From Octopus sinensis (lineage: Eukaryota): a DNA stretch of 6,162 nt. The stretch is from assembly GCF_006345805.1 (NCBI RefSeq), contig NW_021829428.1, positions 1-6,162 on the forward strand, read 5' to 3'. A program made the translations under genes and the position numbers. The notes under the pieces are model-generated. The model had not been told where the DNA came from, made no database searches, and saw nothing but the letters and a program-made list of their open reading frames with translations. This document shows, one piece after another, positions 1 to 6,162 of the stretch; position 1 is the stretch's first letter; every line of letters starts with the position of its first letter.

Positions 1-13
1 TATTATTGTTGTT

Positions 14-696
14 GAGTGAGAGAGCAGTGCATGCCATCAAAGTGACACTGGGGTACAAATATACGAAGCCCAGTATACCCATCATGACTACCCGTCTGAT
101 AAGGGTACAATAGGCACATGCGTCCAAACCATATGTGCGCGTCATAGTGATCTCATATCAAGATAAACAGCACATGACCTTGCAGGTGGGGCCCAGTTAG
201 AATTCTGGTCGAGTAACCCATCCCTCTCAAAAGGTCACTCAATAAGGGTTGTTTAAGGATGTTGAAAGAACCACCCATGTTTCCAGAGGCGAATTATTCA
301 AACCCCAAAGAAGCCCTCTCAGCACATGGCCTTGATGCTCCCCCACTACTTCTGCTCGTGATCAGAGATGCACATATCGTCAGCCACCAAGAGACATGCT
401 CAACTGGTATAGTCAACAAACTGACAGCAAATGTGGTATTGAGCAGAATATTTGCTGTAGCCCATCTTTTATACCAAGACAAAACAATGTACATGATAAC
501 ACTTCAAATCAGTTAAGATCAGAAGCCATGAGAGCCATGTCTGGTACTGCATCAGGGCATTAGCAAATCTGTGGTATTGAGCAGAATATTTGTGTAGCCC
601 ACTTTATACCAAGACAAAACAATGTACATGATAACACTTCCAATCAGTTAAGATCAGAAGCATGAGAGCCACTGCCTGGTACTGCATCAGGGCATT
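14..696 (-). mobile_element. Unclassified interspersed-repeat-like element (~550 bp plus 135-bp terminal duplication) bounded by TTA/TTG triplet tracts
   Basis: Complex-sequence block with sharp edges: tattattgttgtt at 1-13 and (TTA)n at 696-743. One end is duplicated (426-561 vs 562-696). Two hairpins lie at the other end (47-74, 76-107). No recognisable protein. It resembles a repeat I recall from octopus DNA (unverified). Strand is inferred only from (TAA)n polarity. Confidence 0.55.
426..696. repeat. Direct tandem duplication of ~135 bp (426-561 / 562-696)
   Basis: Both copies run agcaaat..gtggtattgagcagaatattt...gtactgcatcagggcatt and differ by a few small indels and substitutions. Confidence 0.95.
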
Positions 697-743
697 TATT
701 ATTATTATTATTATTATTAATATTATTATTATTATTATTGTTA
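696..743. repeat. (TTA)n microsatellite, i.e. (TAA)n on the minus strand
   Basis: Direct reading; two interruptions (ttaa, ttg). Confidence 0.95.
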
Positions 744-877
744 TAGGCATTGCACAGTATCCAATATTGTGAGGTTGTTGATTGAAAATATTGTGTCTAC
801 CAGGGGTTTGTATTGTTTGTCAAGTCACAACAAGGACCCCAGACAAATAGTACTTCACGCAATATGCGCGCAGTTCC
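744..877 (-). mobile_element. 5'-truncated 3' end of an R4/Dong-clade non-LTR retrotransposon (copy A)
   Basis: Minus strand from 877 translates GTARILREVL..., matching the conserved C-terminal GTAxILRxxL motif after the restriction-like endonuclease domain of R4/Dong elements. A short 3' region and a (TAA)n tract follow; (AAT)4 lies immediately upstream. Confidence 0.7.
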
Positions 878-889
878 ATTATTATTATT

Positions 890-916
890 AAGGCAGCAAG
901 ATGGCAGAACCGTTAG
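890..916 (+). mobile_element. Probable 27-bp stub of a tRNA-derived SINE 5' end
   Basis: aaggcagcaagatggcagaaccgttag resembles the head of an abundant octopus SINE as I remember it (aaggcggcgagctggcagaa.cgttag) and contains an A-box-like TGGCAGAACCG. Short, so weakly supported. Confidence 0.4.
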
Positions 917-1222
917 AAAAAGGGACTGATTCTTACCTAGCTCAGATACCAAGAAATCCCACAATGGCAGAAATTCAAAGGACAATGCTCATGGGAACTG
1001 CCCATATCCTACGTAAAATACTGTCTATGTAATCTCAATTTTTAAAACAAACAAAATTTTTTATGTTTTCTTAAACATTCTCTAGAACAATACTATGTGC
1101 AAAACCAAATATATGACACCCTAGGCATAACACCAACATGAACTTCTAAATTGTTGCTTCTTGAGGTTTCTGGATGAGACTTGGAGCCAACTTGTACAAA
1201 TACAAAACAAAAGTCAAGCATA
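917..1222 (+). mobile_element. 5'-truncated 3' end of an R4/Dong-clade non-LTR retrotransposon (copy B): ORF C-terminus plus ~190-bp 3' UTR
   Basis: Frame 1 reads KGTDSYLAQIPRNPTMAEIQRTMLMGTAHILRKILSM* (stop 1030-1032), a typical R4/Dong C-terminus (EIQ...GTAHILRKIL). An AT-rich UTR ends in an (AAT)n tract. Confidence 0.8.
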
Positions 1223-1234
1223 AAATAATGATAA

Positions 1235-1271
<37 letters not shown>
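1223..1271. repeat. (AAT)n microsatellite / tail or target of Dong-like copy B
   Basis: Direct reading; near-perfect (AAT)n from ~1235 to 1270. Confidence 0.95.
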
Positions 1272-1502
1272 GTGAATACTAATTTCGTGTTATTTCTGAA
1301 GCTTTGTCTTCAGAAATACGGATAAGAGACCGTATACATGTTTTTTACTTCTCCATATATACCTTCGTAACTGCTATCCTATAACGAAACAGGTGTAACA
1401 TGGAATTAAAACTATGCCAAATTTCCCGAGTCTGTTTATTTTGAAATGTAATTACTCGATTAATTAATTATTCAGCAAACTGGATTCACCAAAGATTTCA
1501 AT

Positions 1503-1513
1503 CGTTATGTTAT
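1503..1513. repeat. Target-site duplication, left copy (cgttatgttat)
   Basis: Identical 11-mer at 2341-2351 on the other side of the SINE. Confidence 0.85.
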
Positions 1514-2340
1514 GGATGGGATGGAAGCACTCCGTCGGTTGCGACGACGAGGGTTCCGGTTGATCCGAATCAACGGAACAGCCTGCTCGTGATACGAACG
1601 TGCAAGTGGCTGAGCACTCCACAGACACGTGTACCCTTAACGTAGTTCTCGGGGATATTCAGCGTGACACAGAGAGTAACAAGGCCGGCCCTTTGAAATA
1701 CAGGTACAACAGAAACAGGAAGTAAGAGTGAGAGAAAGTTGTGGTGAAAGAGTACAGCAGAGATCACCACCACCCCCTGCCGGAGCCATCGTGGAGCTTT
1801 TAGGTGTTTTCGCTCAATAAACACTCACACACCCGGTCTGGGAATCGAAACCGCGATCCTACGACCGCGAGTCCGCTGCCCTAACCACTGGGCCATTGCG
1901 CCTCCACCCCTTGAAATACAGGTACAACAGAAACAGGAAGTAAGAGTGAGAGAAAGTTGTGGTGAAAGAGTATAGCAGGGATCACCACCATTCCCTGCCG
2001 GAGCCTCGTGGAGCTTTTAGGTGTTTTCGCTCAATAAACACTCACAACGCCCGGCCTGGGAATCGAAACCGCGATCCTACAACCGCGAGTCCGCTGCCCT
2101 AACCACTGGGCCATTGCGCCTCCACCCCTTGAAATACAGGTACAACAGAAACAGGAAGTAAGAGTGAGAGAAAGTTGTGGTGAAAGAGTACAGCAGAGAT
2201 CACCACCATCCCTGCCGGAGCCTCGTGGAGCTTTTAGGTGTTTTCGCTCAATAAACACTCACAACGCCCGGTCTGGGAATCGAAACCGCGATCCTACGAC
2301 CGCGAGTCCGCTGCCCTAACCACTGGGCCATTGCGCCTCA
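1514..2340 (-). mobile_element. tRNA-derived SINE (family 1): one full copy (1906->1514) preceded by two extra 5' segments (2124->1908 and 2340->2126)
   Basis: Each head reads gaggcgcaatggcccagtggttagggcagcggactcgcgg...ggtttcgattccc, with A box TGGCCCAGTGG (1895-1885 in the full copy) and B-box-like GGTTTCGATTCCC (1852-1840). There is a pyrimidine-rich body, structured 3' end and short (CCAT)-like tail. The whole block is flanked by the 11-bp direct repeat cgttatgttat. Confidence 0.9.
1689..2340. repeat. Three tandem ~218-bp units (SINE head plus pyrimidine-rich body)
   Basis: The junction gcgcctccaccccttgaaatacagg recurs at ~1898 and ~2116, a period of 218 bp. Confidence 0.95.
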
Positions 2341-2351
2341 CGTTATGTTAT
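2341..2351. repeat. Target-site duplication, right copy (cgttatgttat)
   Basis: Identical 11-mer at 1503-1513. Confidence 0.85.
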
Positions 2352-2440
2352 ATCTCCTTCGAAATAAAACACCTACAAACATTCTCTTGGTTAATGTGAA
2401 CTTGCAGATCTGCATCCCCAGGACAAAGCTTCGATTGTAT

Positions 2441-2662
2441 ACTCTCTCTTTTACTCTTTTACTTGTTTCAGTTATGTGACTGTGGCCATGCTGGAGCACC
2501 GCCTTTAGTCGAGCAAATCGACTCCAGGACTTATTCTTTGTAAGCTTAGTACTTATTCTATCAGTCTCTTTTTTGCCGAACCGCTAAGTTATGGGGACGT
2601 AAACACACCAGCATCGGTTGTCAAGCGATATTGGGGGTACAAACACACACACACAGACATAT

Positions 2663-2724
<62 letters not shown>

Positions 2725-2881
2725 GACAGGCTTCTTCAGTTTTCCGTCTACCAAATCCACTCACAAGGCTTTGGTCGGCCCAAGGCTATAGCAGAAGACA
2801 CTTGCCCAAGTTTGCCACGCAGTGGGACTGAACCGGAACCATGTGGTTGGTAAGCAAGCTACTTACCACATCCTATGCCTA
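2441..2881 (-). mobile_element. Near-full-length tRNA-derived SINE (family 2, CORE-like segment, internal (TA)n/(TG)n microsatellite, taaaagag-type tail)
   Basis: Minus strand shows a B-box-like GGTTCAGTCCCA (2834-2823), CORE-like gcgtggca..ttgggcaagtgtcttc, internal microsatellite 2641-2723, and 3' end ggcggtgctccagcatggccacagtcacataactgaaacaagtaaaagagtaaaagag. Homologous pieces recur at 4235-4943 and 5196-5657. Confidence 0.88.
2641..2723. repeat. (CA)n/(TA)n compound microsatellite internal to the SINE
   Basis: Direct reading; ~50 bp of pure (AT)n. Confidence 0.95.
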
Positions 2882-2890
2882 TCCTATGCC

Positions 2891-3021
2891 TATATATATA
2901 TATATTATATATATATATATATATTATATATACGTATATATATTTTTTTTCTTTTACGTACATGTGCATGTATATGTATCATTTATACATTTATACCATA
3001 CATGTATATACATATATATAC
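2891..3021. repeat. Degenerate (TA)n-rich microsatellite
   Basis: Direct reading. Confidence 0.85.
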
Positions 3022-3195
3022 ACCTCCACAACCTCAACCTCCAGCACCAAGTCTACCACCATTATACAATCGCCTCACCCTGCCCTCCACCCAGACCGCC
3101 ACCATCATTACCCACAATCCTACCCAACCCCGCAGTCTACTCGTTGCAGACATATGCGTTTCCGGAAACAACTCTCTGATCCGCGGGTGTTTGTT

Positions 3196-3227
<32 letters not shown>

Positions 3228-3477
3228 TACTACTACTTTTACGACTACTACTACTACGACTACTATTACGACTACTACTACTACTACTACTACTGCTTCT
3301 ACTACTATTACGACTACTACTACTACTACTATTACGACTACTACTACTACTAATACTACTACTATTACGACTACTACTACGACTACTATTACGACTACTA
3401 CTACTATTATTACGACTACTACTACTACTATTATTACGACTACTACTACTACTACTATTACTATTATTACGACGACG

Positions 3478-3517
<40 letters not shown>

Positions 3518-3546
3518 TTATTACGACTACTACTACTACTACTACT
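3196..3546. repeat. (ACT)n trinucleotide array with recurrent ATT-ACG variant units
   Basis: About 350 bp of ACT triplets with nine attacg interruptions. Confidence 0.95.
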
Positions 3547-3607
3547 AGATTACAACCGTCGCTTATTTAACTGACATACGATGCCGTCTGGAGTTGATCG
3601 CTAGTTT

Positions 3608-4210
3608 CACCGCCGCCAACAACAACAACACCACCACCACTACCACCAATACCAACACCAACAACAGCAGCACTACCACCACCAACACTACCACCACCAC
3701 TACCACCAACACCAATAGCAGCAGCAACAACAACGCCACCACCACCACAACCATCGCCAGAACCACTACCATTACAACCATCACCATCATCACAAACATC
3801 GCCGCTATCACCGACACCACCACCATCGTAACAACAGCCACCAAGAACAGCAACAATATCAACAGCATCGTCACCACACAAACCCCAACGATACTATCAC
3901 CGCAGCCACAACCAACATCACTGCAAACATGACCACCACTACAACTGCCAGAACCTATGCTACAACCACCACCATCGCCGACACAAGTATTACATCACTA
4001 CCATTACTACTACCACCATCACTACTACTACTAGTAGTAGTAAAACTAGGACATATACAATGATCACTACTACTACCACCATCACCACTTCTACCACCAT
4101 CACCACCACTACTACTACTATCACCACCATCACTACTACTACCACTACTACTAGTAGTACTAAAACTAGGACAAATCTTATGATCACTTACTACTACTAC
4201 TGCTGCTGCT
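3608..4210. repeat. Degenerate (ACC/AAC/ATC/ACT)n low-complexity tract
   Basis: Triplet-periodic, C/A-rich; gives poly-Thr/poly-Val ORFs in the track. Confidence 0.85.
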
Positions 4211-4234
4211 GCCTCAATCGCCATCATCACAGTG

Positions 4235-4399
4235 ACCAACCACATAGTTCTGGGTTCAGTCTCACAGCGTGGCACCTTGGGCACGACCAAAGCCTTGTGA
4301 GTGGATTTGGTAGACGGAAACTGAAAGAAGCCTGTCGTATATATATATATGTGTGTGTGTGTATATGTGTGTCTGTGTTTGTCCCCCCACAACATCGCT
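4235..4399 (+). mobile_element. Family-2 SINE internal/5' fragment with a 25-bp deletion
   Basis: accaaccacatagttctgggttcagtctcacagcgtggcaccttgggca|cgaccaaagcc...caacatcgct aligns to the reverse complement of 2627-2870. Confidence 0.9.
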
Positions 4400-4550
4400 C
4401 ACCACTACTATTACTAGTAGTAAAACTAGGACATATGCTATGATCACTACTACTACTATCACCACCACTATTACTACTAGTAAAACTAGGACATACTATG
4501 ATCACTACTACTACCACCATTACCAATACCACTACTGCTACCACCACTAC

Positions 4551-4630
4551 TTGGGCACGACCAAAGCCTTGTGAGTGGATTTGGTAGACGGAAACTGAAA
4601 GAAGCCAGTCGTATATATATATATATGTGT

Positions 4631-4670
<40 letters not shown>

Positions 4671-4710
4671 GTGTGTGTGTGTGTTTGTGTTTGTCCCCCA
4701 CAACATCGCT
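4551..4710 (+). mobile_element. Tandem-amplified copy of the family-2 SINE fragment
   Basis: Same deletion junction and same 3' break (caacatcgct|caccactact) as 4235-4399. Confidence 0.9.
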
Positions 4711-4801
4711 CACCACTACTATTACTACTAGTAAAACTAGGACATACTATGATCACTACTACTACCACCATTACCAATACCACTACTGCTACCACCACTA
4801 C

Positions 4802-4943
4802 TTGGGCACGACCAAAGCCTTGTGAGTGGATTTGGTAGACGGAAACTGAAAGAAGCCAGTCGTATATATATATATATGTGTGTGTGTGTGTGGTGTGTGT
4901 GTGTGTGTGTGTGTGTGTTGTGTTTGTCCCCCACAACATCGCT
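4802..4943 (+). mobile_element. Tandem-amplified copy of the family-2 SINE fragment
   Basis: Identical to 4551-4710 apart from microsatellite length and pattern; 251-bp period. Confidence 0.9.
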
Positions 4944-5195
4944 CACCACTACTATTACTACTAGTAAAACTAGGACATACTATGATCACTACTACTACTA
5001 CTACTACTACAACTACTACTACTACGGCTACTACTGCTGCTGGCGCCGCCATCGCCATCATCACAGTGTTGGTTATAAGTACGACATAAAAATATCGCCA
5101 AAGATATCATTGCTTCCAACAAGAATAGTACAATGACTGTCAAACCGTTGCTGCTACTACTACTACTACAACCAATGTCCCACCTTGGCATGCAT

Positions 5196-5422
5196 CTTTC
5201 GTTTCAGTCATGTGACTGCGGCCATGCTGGGGCAAGGCTTTGACGGGCTTTTAGCCGAAAAAATTGCCCCCAGAAACATTTTCTTCTTGGTGGGGGTGGC
5301 TACTTATTCTATTGGTTCTTCACACGCCGAACCGCTAACTCAGGGGGACGTAAGCGCACCAACACCGGTTGTCAAGCGGTGCTAGAGGAGGGGGCGGAAA
5401 CAAACACGAAGACACGCGCACA
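5196..5422 (-). mobile_element. Old, diverged 3' half of a family-2 SINE
   Basis: gtttcagtcatgtgactgcggccatgctgg...tacttattctat...gccgaaccgctaa...ggttgtcaagcg is homologous to 2460-2640, with many substitutions and indels. Confidence 0.8.
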
Positions 5423-5439
5423 GTTTTATATGCATTCTT

Positions 5440-5657
5440 TATTCTATGGTTTCTGTCCTTTTTGACTGCGGCCATGCTGGAGCACCGCCTTTAGTCGAGC
5501 AAATCGACGCCAGGACTTATTCTTTGTACGCCCCGTACTTATTCTATCGGTCTCTCTTGCCGAACCGCTAGGTGACGGGGAAGTAAACACACCAGCATCA
5601 GTTGTCAAGCAATACTAGGGGGACAAACAAACACACACACACACACACACACACACA
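5440..5657 (-). mobile_element. Younger 3' half of a family-2 SINE, ending at its internal (CA)n
   Basis: High identity to 2470-2650 (tgactgcggccatgctggagcaccgcctttagtcgagcaaatcgac...); stops in (AC)n 5631-5657. Confidence 0.88.
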
Positions 5658-5825
5658 GGAAACAGGAAAGAAGAAAGAAAAAGGGGGAGAGAAATAAAAC
5701 AAAACGCACCTGTTTTTTTTTTTTTTTGAAGAGGTCACCATCCTTAAATCCATTCCAATACAATGGTAAAAGACGAAGTAAATTAATAAATAAATGAATG
5801 GTGAATGGGAAGGTAGAAACCCCTT

Positions 5826-5935
5826 CCCTCTCTCTTCACCTACTCATCTGTTTATCTGTCTGATTATCTATATATCTGTCTGTCTGTCTCTCTATCTATC
5901 TATCAGCCTATCTACCTACCTATATTTCTATATAG
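5826..5935. repeat. Degenerate (TCTA/TCTG/CCTA)n tetranucleotide repeat
   Basis: Direct reading. Confidence 0.75.
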
Positions 5936-6162
5936 CCATCTCCATTGTCTTGGAAACTCACCCCAAAAGAAATGTTCCATTCTAAACAAAACCCCGCCAA
6001 AACATCTGTTTTATATAAATAGAAAAAAGCTGTCTGTACGTTCACATAATTTTAATTGACAAGTTCGAGAAACGAACGAAAGCGCCAATAATAAGAATAA
6101 ATAAAATGATTTTTTTCTAAAATTTTTCTCAATATTCAATTTCTATACATCACACCTAACAA

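Larger units (their letters stand above)
4041..4989. repeat. Six copies of a 25-27-nt motif TAAAACTAGGACA(n)TATGATCAC embedded in ACT/ACC triplets
   Basis: Copies start at 4041, 4161, 4421, 4481, 4732 and 4965. Confidence 0.9.

Noticed and set aside
259-516. ORFs 259..516 (+) and 294..494 (-)
   Set aside because: Short, no recognisable domain, lie within a repeat, and frames are broken by indels in the duplicated segment.
14-696. Self-cleaving ribozyme (hammerhead, HDV-like or twister) at the element ends
   Set aside because: Near-motifs exist (ctgatgc, aagccc...aggg, ggc-tctcatg-gct), but I could not build the complete required helices or catalytic cores by eye. An Infernal/RNArobo scan would be decisive.
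1272-1345. Helitron 3' terminus
   Set aside because: A hairpin is present but there is no correctly spaced CTRR end on either strand.
1570-2258. ORFs beginning MFIERKHLKAP
   Set aside because: Incidental translations of the SINE body, repeated only because the SINE segment is repeated.
1832-2340. Three tRNA-like sequences
   Set aside because: They are SINE heads: poor anticodon and acceptor stem pairing, and each continues into SINE body sequence.
2403-2414. 12-bp perfect palindrome tgcagatctgca
   Set aside because: Isolated, compatible with chance, no associated structure.
562-2840. Scattered single-base indels between homologous repeat copies as a biological mutation signature
   Set aside because: Equally explained by residual long-read consensus errors; cannot be separated without raw reads. 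This caveat also applies to tandem copy numbers.
2822-3932. Long ORFs (250, 231, 112 aa) rich in Thr/Leu/Tyr/Asn, superficially mucin-like
   Set aside because: They are read-throughs of (TA)n, (ACT)n and (ACC/AAC)n repeats, open in several frames, with no signal peptide, domain or clear splice context.
4041-4989. CRISPR-like look (short direct repeats with mobile-element-derived spacers)
   Set aside because: Eukaryotic repeat context; spacers are 35-235 bp, low-complexity and themselves repeated; no cas genes.
3955-5191. Many overlapping ORFs with THTHTH/VCVCVC/YIYI tracts
   Set aside because: Translations of dinucleotide and trinucleotide microsatellites in the amplified unit.

Overview
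Repeat-saturated eukaryotic non-coding DNA. The SINE families look like those of Octopus/cephalopod genomes; this is recognition from memory, not a database result. No host protein-coding gene is supported. Bases 1-1271 are a cluster of elements bounded by (TAA)n/(TTA)n tracts: an unclassified ~680-bp element with a duplicated 135-bp end, and two different 5'-truncated R4/Dong-like non-LTR retrotransposon 3' ends (GTAxILRxxL C-terminus) pointing away from each other. Bases 1514-2340 are a tRNA-derived SINE carrying three tandem heads inside one 11-bp target-site duplication. Bases 2441-2881 are a near-full SINE of a second (CORE-like, internal microsatellite) family. Bases 2893-4210 are compound microsatellites. 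Bases 4041-5068 are a nascent satellite built from a 25-27-nt motif, ACT/ACC triplets and amplified fragments of the second SINE. Two 3'-half SINE remnants and more simple repeats follow. Nearly all listed ORFs are artefacts of simple repeats or SINEs.
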